A stretch of 52,523 nt of DNA from Acholeplasmataceae bacterium (GTDB lineage: Bacteria > Bacillota_I > Bacilli_A > Acholeplasmatales > UBA5453), in assembly GCA_028685975.1 (NCBI GenBank), contig JAQUCY010000001.1, positions 1-52,523 of the forward strand. Reading direction: 5' to 3'. Below, one piece after another: positions 1-8,372 of the stretch (positions within the stretch are counted from its first letter, which is position 1; every line of letters starts with the position of its first letter). Under the pieces are notes generated by a model. That model ran no database searches and was not told where the DNA came from. It saw only the letters and a list, made by a program, of their open reading frames with translations. Both the position numbers and the translations under genes were made by a program.

Positions 1-1278
1 ATCGCTTGGTGTATAACCTTTAATTCTTGCGATATCTCTAATTGAACTTTTTGAAGCAAACTTAGAAAATGTATTAATAGATAAGACATGGTTAGAACCG
101 TATTTATCTTTAACATACTGAATAACCTCATCTCTTCTATCATCAGGAAAATCCAAGTCAATATCAGGCATGTTTCTTCTATCTTTATTTAAAAATCTTT
201 CAAAAAGCAAACCATATTTTAAAGGGTCTACATTAGTAATCTGTAATGCATAACTCGTTAAACTTCCCGCAGCTGAGCCTCTACCTGGGCCCACTAAAAT
301 ACCGCGTTCTTTTGCGAATTTAACAAAATCCCAAACAATTAAAAAATAGTCATTATACCCCATTGAATCAATGACATTTAATTCGCTGGTTAATCTATCA
401 AAATAAGGTTTAGAATTAATTATTTTTTCTTTGTCAATAATCTTATTAAGCCCTCCATAAGCAAGTTCTCGAAGTGCTTCTTTATGATCTTTCGATTTAA
501 TTGGGGATGGCAAATGATATTTAGGTTTTTCATAGTTAAATTCAAACTTCTTAAAAACCTCATCTAGATTACTAAACACTTCTTTATAATCAGAAAAACG
601 CTCTTCAATTTGAATCAAATTTAAGAACGATAAATCCATATCATCCAATCTTGTTTTTCCAATATTTTGAATTTGAATGAAGACATCATATGCGTACATA
701 TCTTCTTTCAAATAACTCATATAATTTAACGGCAACAATAAAACATTTTCTTCTTTAGAGATCAATTTTAATTTGGGCGCAATCTGAAATTCCTGATTCA
801 TCGTTTGAAGCGCTAAACCAACTGAAAAGTTTGGTAAATTATTTTTATAATCAACGAGTCTGGCTTTCGCATCATCTAGTAACCCTTTTTTAATGTTTAT
901 ATCAATGTCTGATTCGTGACCACTGCTAATGAAATAAAGCCCTTCTTTATAGGGTAATAAATTATTAATCTCTAGACGCTTATTTTCATTTAATTGAACC
1001 ATTGATGATAATATGATTAAGTTCTTATAACCCTTATCATTTAATGCATAAACCAATATCGACGTGTTTTGTTCAAGATGAATAATGTCTAATTTCATCC
1101 CAATAATATAAGGTATTTTGGCATGCTTAAATAATTTATAGGACCCATATAAATTGTTTGAATCCGCTAACGCGATAAACGGATATTTTTCATTATATGT
1201 ATAACCTATAATATCCTCTAGTCGAAATACACTCTCTAATAGATTATATTCACTTAAGAATCCAAAAGCTCCAATCAC
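1..1278 (-). CDS. dnaE: DNA polymerase III alpha subunit (DnaE type), N-terminal 426 codons. The C-terminal part lies beyond coordinate 1.
   Basis: Absent from the ORF track because it runs off the window. My minus-strand translation starts at GTG(1278) with IGAFGFLSEYNLLESVFRLEDI (degenerate PHP domain). At the window edge it reads VGPGRGSAAGSLTSYALQITNVDPLKYGLLFERFLNKDRRNMPDIDLDFPDDRRDEVIQYVKDKYG, the conserved Pol III alpha core. SD AGAGGTG lies 7 nt upstream of the GTG, and an in-frame TAG at 1291-1293 closes the frame upstream. Confidence 0.85.
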   Translation of the reverse strand, partial: MIGAFGFLSEYNLLESVFRLEDIIGYTYNEKYPFIALADSNNLYGSYKLFKHAKIPYIIGMKLDIIHLEQNTSILVYALNDKGYKNLIILSSMVQLNENKRLEINNLLPYKEGLYFISSGHESDIDINIKKGLLDDAKARLVDYKNNLPNFSVGLALQTMNQEFQIAPKLKLISKEENVLLLPLNYMSYLKEDMYAYDVFIQIQNIGKTRLDDMDLSFLNLIQIEERFSDYKEVFSNLDEVFKKFEFNYEKPKYHLPSPIKSKDHKEALRELAYGGLNKIIDKEKIINSKPYFDRLTSELNVIDSMGYNDYFLIVWDFVKFAKERGILVGPGRGSAAGSLTSYALQITNVDPLKYGLLFERFLNKDRRNMPDIDLDFPDDRRDEVIQYVKDKYGSNHVLSINTFSKFASKSSIRDIARIKGYTPSD

Positions 1279-1303
1279 TTCGTTACACCTCTATTTAAGT
1301 ATA

Positions 1304-3175
1304 TCATATTTCAATCTTGTTTTTCCTTTTTTTCATAAAATATAGAACACCTAAAATACCGCCTGTAACTACTAAAATGCCACCTACAATGTAATAACTT
1401 ATTTGAATAGAATTAATGCCTTCAATAATAATTGTCCTAGTGAAATATTGATGATTCCCTGACATATCAACCACTTCATAGATAACATAGAACGTTCCCA
1501 AAGTACCCGTAATATAGTTAGTCTCAAAAACACTCACGACAATCTCCTCAACTGGTGTATAGTTGTCATTGACAATAATTCCTTCCATTAAATTAATTTT
1601 TTCATCTTTTTCACCATAAATAGTATTTGCTGAAATTGATGGGGAAATTTTATCTTGAACATAAATTAACATTGAAACTGATGCTTTGTTTAATGAACTA
1701 TCTAGAACTGTATAAATAACTTCGTAAGATCCAATCGTATGATAATCAATTCTTGGTTCAACTTCGATATCATCAACAGTCAGTGGATCATAGTTATCAC
1801 TTACTTTAACATAGCTTAAATAGTCAATTGGTTCACTGCCAACTTCTATCATGATACTTTTTTGTGATAAAAATAAAGTTGGGTTTTCTACATCTTTAAT
1901 TGTTATTTGATGGGTAGCTGTTGAAATGTTTCCACTTGAATCGGTTGCGGTTAGTTTAATATCTACTACCCCTATTTTATCTATTTCACTTGATAATGAA
2001 TAACTATATTCAACATGGTTATCATAATTATCTGTGATTTCGTAAAAATCTAAAATATCAAAGATGAATCCTACAGGATGGCTATTAATCCCTTTAAAAT
2101 GGATTTGTGGTCCAAGATTATCAAAGATTTTAACTGTTTGTTGATAAAAACTTGCATTTCCCACCTCATCAATTAATTGAAAATTAACAACATACGATCC
2201 TACTTTCATATAATCAATTCCTGATTCATCAACCAGTATTAAAATATTTTTTGATTCCGACAAATTGTCTTCAACAATTAAGTTTTTAGTATAATTTGGT
2301 TTGGATGACCCTATTAAGATTTGATACGGTGCAGAGTATACAACACTAGGGGGTTCAGTATCTACAAGTTCAACATATATTATCTTTGAAGCACTCGATT
2401 CATTCCCACTTAAATCAGTCGCTGTTACGACTAAGACAATTGTTCCCTCTTCTTCTAAAGAACCTTCAACGATTTCATACTTTAAATCTATTACAGTATC
2501 ATGATTATCACTTGTTGTAACATAGTGGTCTACTTTAAAAGTATATCCGATAGTAAATGTATTTAAATCATTAAAATTAATTGTTGGTGGAATCAAATCT
2601 ATTATATTAACCTCTTCTTGATGAATAGTTTCATTCCCGGATAAATCAGTTAAAGTAAATATAACGGTATATACACCGACTCTCAAATAATTCACATTTG
2701 AATCATTTACTGTTAGTTCTATCTCTTCTACATTATTAACATCATCAACATAAATTAAACTAGTTAAATAATCTGGTTTCTTCTCACCTAAAACAAATGT
2801 ATAGGGTTTAGAATTTGTTACGACTGGTTGATTAATGTCAACTATCTTAATATAAACAAGTTTTATTTCTTCTTTTTGATACTTAGGAGACATTGCTTTA
2901 TGGTATAGTTTATACGTCTTAATAGTGGTCGTTGAAATAACACTTTTCATATAATAGTTATAATTGATATCACTTACGGTAAAATCTGGATCAATATAAC
3001 CAGCTTTTAACGTTACGCTCGATTTGAAAGTCTCCAATGCGTTATCTAAGCTTTCTCCATAAGGAATGATTATTGTGTCTGTGTCCCAAATAAAGATGGA
3101 ATCTTCAGCGTTAATTGTTTTCATCGGAAGAAGAAAACTAGTCAAAAGGATAAATAAAATATTGATTTTTTTCAT
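1304..3175 (-). CDS. Surface protein with seven tandem Ig-like (DUF5011-type) modules, an N-terminal signal peptide and a C-terminal TM anchor
   Basis: The track ORF starts at a TTG (3187). ATG at 3175 (MKKINILFILLTSFLLPMKTINA) is preceded by GGGTGA. The C-terminus YYIVGGILVVTGGILGVLYFMKKRKNKIEI is a TM helix plus a basic tail. The stop is TGA at 1304-1306. Confidence 0.8.
   Translation of the reverse strand: MKKINILFILLTSFLLPMKTINAEDSIFIWDTDTIIIPYGESLDNALETFKSSVTLKAGYIDPDFTVSDINYNYYMKSVISTTTIKTYKLYHKAMSPKYQKEEIKLVYIKIVDINQPVVTNSKPYTFVLGEKKPDYLTSLIYVDDVNNVEEIELTVNDSNVNYLRVGVYTVIFTLTDLSGNETIHQEEVNIIDLIPPTINFNDLNTFTIGYTFKVDHYVTTSDNHDTVIDLKYEIVEGSLEEEGTIVLVVTATDLSGNESSASKIIYVELVDTEPPSVVYSAPYQILIGSSKPNYTKNLIVEDNLSESKNILILVDESGIDYMKVGSYVVNFQLIDEVGNASFYQQTVKIFDNLGPQIHFKGINSHPVGFIFDILDFYEITDNYDNHVEYSYSLSSEIDKIGVVDIKLTATDSSGNISTATHQITIKDVENPTLFLSQKSIMIEVGSEPIDYLSYVKVSDNYDPLTVDDIEVEPRIDYHTIGSYEVIYTVLDSSLNKASVSMLIYVQDKISPSISANTIYGEKDEKINLMEGIIVNDNYTPVEEIVVSVFETNYITGTLGTFYVIYEVVDMSGNHQYFTRTIIIEGINSIQISYYIVGGILVVTGGILGVLYFMKKRKNKIEI
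1409..3106 (-). repeat. Protein-level tandem array of 7 modules of about 73-93 aa, each ending in a D-x3-P linker
   Basis: Module boundaries are VDINQP, IDLIPP, VDTEPP, FDNLGP, KDVENP and QDKISP. The recurring core is (V/I)G.Y.V.(F/Y).(L/V).D.SGN. Modules 1, 3 and 5 (KP.Y...L....D) alternate with the shorter modules 2 and 4. Confidence 0.7.
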
Positions 3176-3296
3176 AGTATCACCCAATTAATATATACAT
3201 TGAGGAAATCTAATTTTTCTAATTGATTTTTATTTATTTAAAATCATGATTCATCAAGTTAATCTGATAGTATGCTTTAATACTAATTTCAAATGG

Positions 3297-3332
3297 AAAA
3301 AAACCCGAGAAGTCATTTCAATCTCGGGTTTT
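3297..3332 (-). terminator. Rho-independent terminator after the ABC exporter operon (bidirectional shape)
   Basis: Stem CCCGAGA (3304-3310) pairs with TCTCGGG (3322-3328), with A/T extensions and an 11-nt loop. It is followed on the minus strand by a T7 run (plus-strand A run 3297-3303). Confidence 0.6.
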
Positions 3333-3345
3333 ATCTTATTATATA

Positions 3346-5178
3346 TTAAATTTGTGACATGACCTTTGTCCGCTCTTCTAAGAATTGATTGCGGTAAAGT
3401 TGATAGTAACCACCTTTAAGTTTAAGTAATTCTTTATGGTTACCCATTTCAACTATCTTTCCTTCTGAAAGTAAAATAATTAAATCACTATCAACAATAG
3501 TGGACAACCTGTGAGCAACTATGAATGACGTTCTTCCTTTCAACAATGTATGGGTTGCTTCTTGGATGACTTGTTCGGCTTCACTGTCAATCGATGAAGT
3601 AGCCTCATCTAAAATCAAAATTTTTGGATCCGCTAAAATAGCTCTCGCAAAACTGATTAATTGTTTTTCACCAATTGATAACTTGTTACCGCCTTCACCA
3701 ATATCAGAAAAATAACCATTTGGCATTTTTGATATGAATTTGTCAGCACCGATTGCTTTAGCTGCGCTGATGACTTCCTCATCTGAAGCATCTAATCTAC
3801 CATAACGAATGTTTTCCATAATGTTTGTAGTAAATAAGTGGGGTGTCTGTAAAACATATCCTAATCGCTTATGTAACCAGTGAATAGAACGCGTTCGATA
3901 GTCTTTACCATCAATTAATATTTCGCCTGAAGTTGGTTCATAAAATCTTGAGAGTAAATTAACAATAGTAGTTTTCCCACTCCCTGTGTGACCAACTAAT
4001 GCAACACTCATTCCTTTTTCAACCTTTAAATTGAAATTTTCTAAGATAATTTCGTTATTATTATATGAAAATGTAACATCTTTAAACTCGACTGATCCTT
4101 CTAATTCTTCCCAGTTTTCATATTTCGGATGCAGTAAATCACCATATTTTTCAGATACTTCTTCGGTATCATAAATCGCAGGATTTTCTTCAATTAATTG
4201 AACGATTCTTTCTGCACTCGCTTGAGCTTGTTGAAATTGCGCTAAAATACGTGATATTTGCATAACTGGATCAAAAAATCTTGTGGTGTAGTCAATAAAA
4301 ATATAAAATGTTCCAACAGATAAAGCGGCAACACCAGCGGTAATAATAACTCTACTACCTTGATACATGACAACGCCCAATACAATATAACTAATTAGTA
4401 ACATAATTGGCGAGAAAATACTGCTCCAAAGAATCGCCTTGGTAGTTGATCGTCTTAGTTCGTTTGTTTTTTGTTCAAATTCATAATAAGATTCTGCCTC
4501 AATAGCAAGACTCTTAGTTGTTTTAGCCCCCATAAATGCTTCATTGAATGCAGCTGTAACAATCGAGTTCTTTTTCCTTGAAACTCTATAGCCTGACAAT
4601 ATTTTCTTTCTAAAGTAATAAGCTAAAACAATCATCACTGGAATTGAAGCAGTGATAATTAAAGCTAATTTCCAACTATAAATATATAAGATAATCAGAA
4701 TCGCAATCATGATTACGAAACTCCATAAGAAGTCTACAACACCCCAACTAATAATATTTGCAAGTCTTCTAGAATCCGAAGTCATTCTTGCCATAATCCA
4801 GCCCTGAGGTGTTTTATCAAAGTAACTAAATGGTAATCTTTGAATTGTTTCAAAAGCTTCTTTTCTTAGTTTATAGTTTGTTTTTACTTCAATCTTACCC
4901 GCTTGATAAATAAATCCCCAAACTGAAAAGCCCATTATTATAGCCGCTAAAACATATAAAATAGTAAATGCTGTAACTGTTTCATAATTACCTTTTTCAA
5001 AGAAATTATCAATAGCATACGCATTAAACAAGGTCATTGTCATTTCAATAAACCCCATGATTATCGCAAAAAAGAATAGAAAAAATACACTCTTTTTATC
5101 ATCAAAAACTGTTTTAATTATCTTTTTCCATGTCCCGAGGTTGACTTTCTCGACGGTATACTCTTCTTCGTAATTCAT
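3346..5178 (-). CDS. ABC exporter permease/ATPase half-transporter, the subunit with the consensus catalytic site
   Basis: Six-TM exporter domain plus an NBD. Walker A GHTGSGKTT, Walker B ILILDEATSSID, H-loop VAHR, and an atypical signature LSIGEKQ. SD GAGGAGG lies inside the 3' end of the upstream gene. Confidence 0.92.
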   Translation of the reverse strand: MNYEEEYTVEKVNLGTWKKIIKTVFDDKKSVFFLFFFAIIMGFIEMTMTLFNAYAIDNFFEKGNYETVTAFTILYVLAAIIMGFSVWGFIYQAGKIEVKTNYKLRKEAFETIQRLPFSYFDKTPQGWIMARMTSDSRRLANIISWGVVDFLWSFVIMIAILIILYIYSWKLALIITASIPVMIVLAYYFRKKILSGYRVSRKKNSIVTAAFNEAFMGAKTTKSLAIEAESYYEFEQKTNELRRSTTKAILWSSIFSPIMLLISYIVLGVVMYQGSRVIITAGVAALSVGTFYIFIDYTTRFFDPVMQISRILAQFQQAQASAERIVQLIEENPAIYDTEEVSEKYGDLLHPKYENWEELEGSVEFKDVTFSYNNNEIILENFNLKVEKGMSVALVGHTGSGKTTIVNLLSRFYEPTSGEILIDGKDYRTRSIHWLHKRLGYVLQTPHLFTTNIMENIRYGRLDASDEEVISAAKAIGADKFISKMPNGYFSDIGEGGNKLSIGEKQLISFARAILADPKILILDEATSSIDSEAEQVIQEATHTLLKGRTSFIVAHRLSTIVDSDLIILLSEGKIVEMGNHKELLKLKGGYYQLYRNQFLEERTKVMSQI

Positions 5179-5181
5179 CGT

Positions 5182-6996
5182 TTAAACCTCCTCAACCATT
5201 TGTAAAAACTCTTCTTCTAAAGAACCTTGAATTTCCCAAAGTTTCTTATATAAACCCTCTTTACTCTTTAAGGTTTCATGCGTACCAATATCACTAACTT
5301 GACCATTATCTAAAACAATAATTTTATCGGCCTGTTTAGCGGTTGTGATACGATGTGTAATAATAATTGTGGTTGATTTAATGTCTCTAGTTTCAAGTGC
5401 TTGACGAATCAAAAAATCAGTTTGTGTATCAACAGCACTTAATGAGTCATCAAAAATCAAGATCGATTTTTCTGTCACTAAGATTCTTGCAATCGCAACT
5501 CTTTGTTTCTGTCCTCCAGAAAGAGTCGTTCCTTTCTCACCAACAACGGTATCATAGCCTTTATCAAAGGTGGAAATATCTCTTTGAAGTGACGCAATTT
5601 GAGCAGCTTTATAAACATCATCAGAGATAATATTTCGATTCGATATCGCAATATTTTCATAGACTGTTTTCGAATATAAGAATGGTTCTTGTAAAACCAC
5701 TCCAAGGTTTTTTCTTAAATGATGTTTTTCAATATCTTTGATTGAAACACCATCCAGTAGGATTTCACCACTTGTAACCTCTAACATTCTCGTAAGTAGA
5801 TTCACAATCGTTGATTTTCCAGACCCGGTTCTACCAATAAAGACAACTGTTTCTCCAGGATTTATTGTAAAGTTAACATGGTTTAATAAATGCTCATTTG
5901 AATCAGAAAACTTGAATGAAACATCTTTAAACTCAATCTTGCCTTTTATCTTAGGTGTTTCAGTACCATTTAAATTAAATTCACTTGGTATATCTAAAAT
6001 TTCCATAATACGGTCAGTTGAAACCAACGCACGACCAAAATCACCAATCATCCTGCCTAACCCTCTAATTGGCCAAATTAACATCCCAATTAACATCAAA
6101 ACTGCCACCACTTGGTCGGAGGAAATCATGTTATTTCTTGTCATCCCTATCGCAATAAAAATAGTTAAAACATATTGTAACATCGCGACTGTATCACTTA
6201 CACCCCAATGAACTGCTTGAACATTTTGAAATTTTCTTAGTTCTTTTGAATAACCTTGATTCGCCTTCTCCATTTTTTCAATTTCAAATGTCTCATTCGC
6301 AAACGCTCTAACAATTTTTGAAGCATTTAAATTTTCTTGAATAATTGTAACCATAGATGCTTCTTTTTCTTCAATCACCTTATGTGCTTTATTAACATAT
6401 CTAAAGAAGAATATTGAGGTAGTCGCAGTAATTGGAATCATGACCATTGCGACATACATCATAGTAGGACTGATAAAGTAAATTTGGATTGCTCCAAAGG
6501 TAACGGTTGCAATAAGACGAATAGCTTCCGCTACACGTTCTGATAAAAATCCACCAATCATTTCAATGTCGGATGTTACTCTTTGAATTAAATCTCCTAT
6601 ATCAACATTGTTATGATACCTATACTCCAATGATTGTATATGTTCATACATTTCATTACGTAATTTTCTTTGTGTATTTTCAGATAATCTTCCTCGCAAT
6701 AAAGCTTCTAAGAAAATCATAAAGAATCTAAATGCTTGAAATACAGCCAACATAGTAACAACTTTTAATACTGTGTTTAACCCATCATTAGGTTGGAAAA
6801 AATCTAACACAAAGTTGGGAAAGTTTACATTATACAAAGCCCCTGGTGTTGGATTTTTTAAAAATGCTATTAAATACTGTGTAAATAACGGCACATAAGA
6901 GTAAGTAAAGCGTCCGAATATCACAAAAAAAATGATTAATACCATCATCCAAAAATAACCTTTTGCAAATTTAAATAAATTTTTAACTCTTTTCAT
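5182..6996 (-). CDS. ABC exporter permease/ATPase half-transporter, the subunit with the degenerate Walker B
   Basis: Walker A GRTGSGKST, canonical signature LSGGQKQR, and Walker B ILIFDDS (catalytic Glu replaced by Asp). There is a 3-nt gap to the partner gene. SD AAGAAGG lies 7 nt upstream of ATG 6996. Confidence 0.92.
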   Translation of the reverse strand: MKRVKNLFKFAKGYFWMMVLIIFFVIFGRFTYSYVPLFTQYLIAFLKNPTPGALYNVNFPNFVLDFFQPNDGLNTVLKVVTMLAVFQAFRFFMIFLEALLRGRLSENTQRKLRNEMYEHIQSLEYRYHNNVDIGDLIQRVTSDIEMIGGFLSERVAEAIRLIATVTFGAIQIYFISPTMMYVAMVMIPITATTSIFFFRYVNKAHKVIEEKEASMVTIIQENLNASKIVRAFANETFEIEKMEKANQGYSKELRKFQNVQAVHWGVSDTVAMLQYVLTIFIAIGMTRNNMISSDQVVAVLMLIGMLIWPIRGLGRMIGDFGRALVSTDRIMEILDIPSEFNLNGTETPKIKGKIEFKDVSFKFSDSNEHLLNHVNFTINPGETVVFIGRTGSGKSTIVNLLTRMLEVTSGEILLDGVSIKDIEKHHLRKNLGVVLQEPFLYSKTVYENIAISNRNIISDDVYKAAQIASLQRDISTFDKGYDTVVGEKGTTLSGGQKQRVAIARILVTEKSILIFDDSLSAVDTQTDFLIRQALETRDIKSTTIIITHRITTAKQADKIIVLDNGQVSDIGTHETLKSKEGLYKKLWEIQGSLEEEFLQMVEEV

Positions 6997-6999
6997 AAA

Positions 7000-7062
7000 A
7001 AAACCTTCTTATCAACATATATATTTTACTTGATTGAAAATTAAAGTCAATAAGAAGGTTTT
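7000..7062 (-). promoter_or_regulatory. Perfect 13-bp inverted repeat (7000-7012 / 7050-7062) bracketing the ABC-operon promoter; its promoter-distal arm contains the ABC SD
   Basis: The plus strand reads AAAACCTTCTTAT ...37 nt... ATAAGAAGGTTTT. On the minus-strand RNA the 3' arm includes AAGAAGG (the SD) and is followed by TTT-ATG. Confidence 0.55.
7023..7050 (-). promoter_or_regulatory. Sigma-A type promoter for the ABC exporter operon
   Basis: The minus strand reads TTGACT - 16 nt - TAAAAT, located inside the loop of the inverted repeat. The predicted TSS is near 7016. Confidence 0.5.
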
Positions 7063-7072
7063 ATTTGATTTT

Positions 7073-8275
7073 TTATAATAAATCTTTGTTAGCAAGTGAA
7101 TTTCTATTAACTCTATTTAAATTATAAATTCTTTCAGATGCCAAACTAGATTCTTTATACTTATGTTGATTAGTTAGCAATATTGATAATTTTTTAAAAA
7201 TGAATTTTGAAGCATAGTAGTGTTGACAGATACCTATCTCAGAGAACAACGCTTCTCTTAGATACTGGTAACTATTGTTATGCTTATATTTTTGAATAAA
7301 ATAGTTTTTCAAAAATACTTGAAATAAACTATCAGTAAAAGTTATTTGATCTAACAATTCTAAAACATTCTTTTTATCTTCTAATACATCATAATAAAGT
7401 ATTGATGCGACATCTTTCTTTGAATCCAATGAGAGAAAAGTATCATAATCTTCATGTAAGATTAAAGAAATTCTATAGCTACTGAGGTAATTATCTTTCA
7501 GTAAACTTTCATCAAATGCTTTTGGTTCCATCATATAAGCTAATGCTTCAACATACTTTTCTTTTGTTGCTATAATGGCATCGAAATGATTAAACGTAAT
7601 ATGTTTTTGACACAATTTATTAAACGTGTCATTTAAATCTTTTAATGAAGATTGATACAACGACAGTTCAAACTTTAAATTGATATACCAATAACGAATA
7701 CTGATATGAAATAAGTTATTAACAGTTAATTCCTTTAACAATCTTCCTGCTAAAAAATAATCTTTTGTATCAATATAAAGACTCACTAGCGTTAAAATGA
7801 ATATGGTTAATTCTAATGGTTGCATTAATTCAATACTGTACAATAAAACACTGACTATTTTTGCTTCGTTTTCTACCTTTTTTTCTTTCACTTGCATCGC
7901 AAAACTAATTAATCTTGATTGAAAATCATCACGTTTAGATAAATATTCGATTAGTTCTTTTCGGCAATCATTAATTCCCATAATGTAGCCCACTAAATTC
8001 AAATACCATTTATCCATAATTTCACTTGAAGTAACCATATCTTCATCAATCTGCATATCATTAAAATAAGAACCTAATATTGCTGTATTAGGTTTCAATA
8101 TATCGTTTTCGATTTTAGATAGATAAGATATTGATATTCCACACTTTCTGCAAATCTCACTTAATGTTTTCATTCGCTCCATTCTTTTACACTTAAAAGT
8201 TGCACCATACTTTCCTTCTGTTTTTAAATCGTTTTCTAATTTAGTGCTTACTTTATGAATCAATAATTCGTTCAT
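7073..8275 (-). CDS. XRE-family HTH transcription regulator with a ~300-aa all-helical (TPR-like, RRNPP-sized) C-terminal domain
   Basis: The HTH is MKTLSEICRKCGISISYLSKIENDILKPNTAILGSYFNDM. ATG 8275 (MNELLIHK) has a perfect SD AAAGGAGGGA 5 nt upstream. The track start at 8311 lies 2 nt after the predicted -10 box and so is probably untranscribed. Confidence 0.8.
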   Translation of the reverse strand: MNELLIHKVSTKLENDLKTEGKYGATFKCKRMERMKTLSEICRKCGISISYLSKIENDILKPNTAILGSYFNDMQIDEDMVTSSEIMDKWYLNLVGYIMGINDCRKELIEYLSKRDDFQSRLISFAMQVKEKKVENEAKIVSVLLYSIELMQPLELTIFILTLVSLYIDTKDYFLAGRLLKELTVNNLFHISIRYWYINLKFELSLYQSSLKDLNDTFNKLCQKHITFNHFDAIIATKEKYVEALAYMMEPKAFDESLLKDNYLSSYRISLILHEDYDTFLSLDSKKDVASILYYDVLEDKKNVLELLDQITFTDSLFQVFLKNYFIQKYKHNNSYQYLREALFSEIGICQHYYASKFIFKKLSILLTNQHKYKESSLASERIYNLNRVNRNSLANKDLL

Positions 8276-8312
8276 AAACTTCCCTCCTTTACAACCATTA
8301 TCTAGATTCATG

Positions 8313-8340
8313 ATTATAATTCAACAATATTTTGATACAA
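8313..8340 (-). promoter_or_regulatory. Promoter of the XRE regulator gene
   Basis: The minus strand reads TTGTAT - 16 nt - TATAAT. Confidence 0.5.
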
Positions 8341-8345
8341 AAAAT

Positions 8346-8372
8346 AAAAAAAGTGTCTTTTACACTTTTTTT
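8346..8372 (-). terminator. Terminator of the dnaD-nth unit, overlapping the nth stop codon
   Basis: A7-GTGT / ACAC-T7 is a perfect 11-bp inverted repeat with a 5-nt loop. On the minus strand it is followed by ATTTT. The stem is AU-rich and therefore weak. Confidence 0.4.

Noticed and set aside
3254-3316. 20-codon ORF (MTSRVFFHLKLVLKHTIRLT) between the ABC operon and the surface protein gene
   Set aside because: Its ATG sits in the loop of the ABC operon terminator and it has no SD. It is most likely fortuitous.
5738-6211. 157-aa plus-strand ORF. Similar 60-105 aa track ORFs lie at 3521-3715, 5397-5630, 10532-10792, 12099-12341, 18060-18284, 18632-18841, 21000-21197, 23713-23904, 24674-24913, 26143-26415, 35187-35411, 43098-43373, 45443-45708, 45883-46137 and 49687-50004.
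   Set aside because: All lie antisense to or out of frame within strongly supported conserved genes. They have low-complexity, Leu/Ile/Ser/Phe-rich translations and no SD. They are typical shadow ORFs of AT-rich DNA.
6983-7018. 11-codon ORF (MLIRRFFYEKS) in the regulator-ABC gap, considered as a signalling peptide or uORF
   Set aside because: It has no SD, overlaps the ABC start out of frame, and has no signal-peptide-like or RRNPP-propeptide-like features.
8276-8311. N-terminal extensions of track ORFs. Other cases are 3176-3187, 16554-16568, 25697-25720, 29150-29161, 31197-31205, 38265-38273, 38309-38407, 39827-39829, 40261-40290 and 50181-50210.
   Set aside because: The extensions start at non-ATG codons or at ATGs without an SD. 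A downstream ATG/GTG with a strong SD gives an N-terminus matching the family. Several extensions overlap the predicted -10 box or the SD itself.
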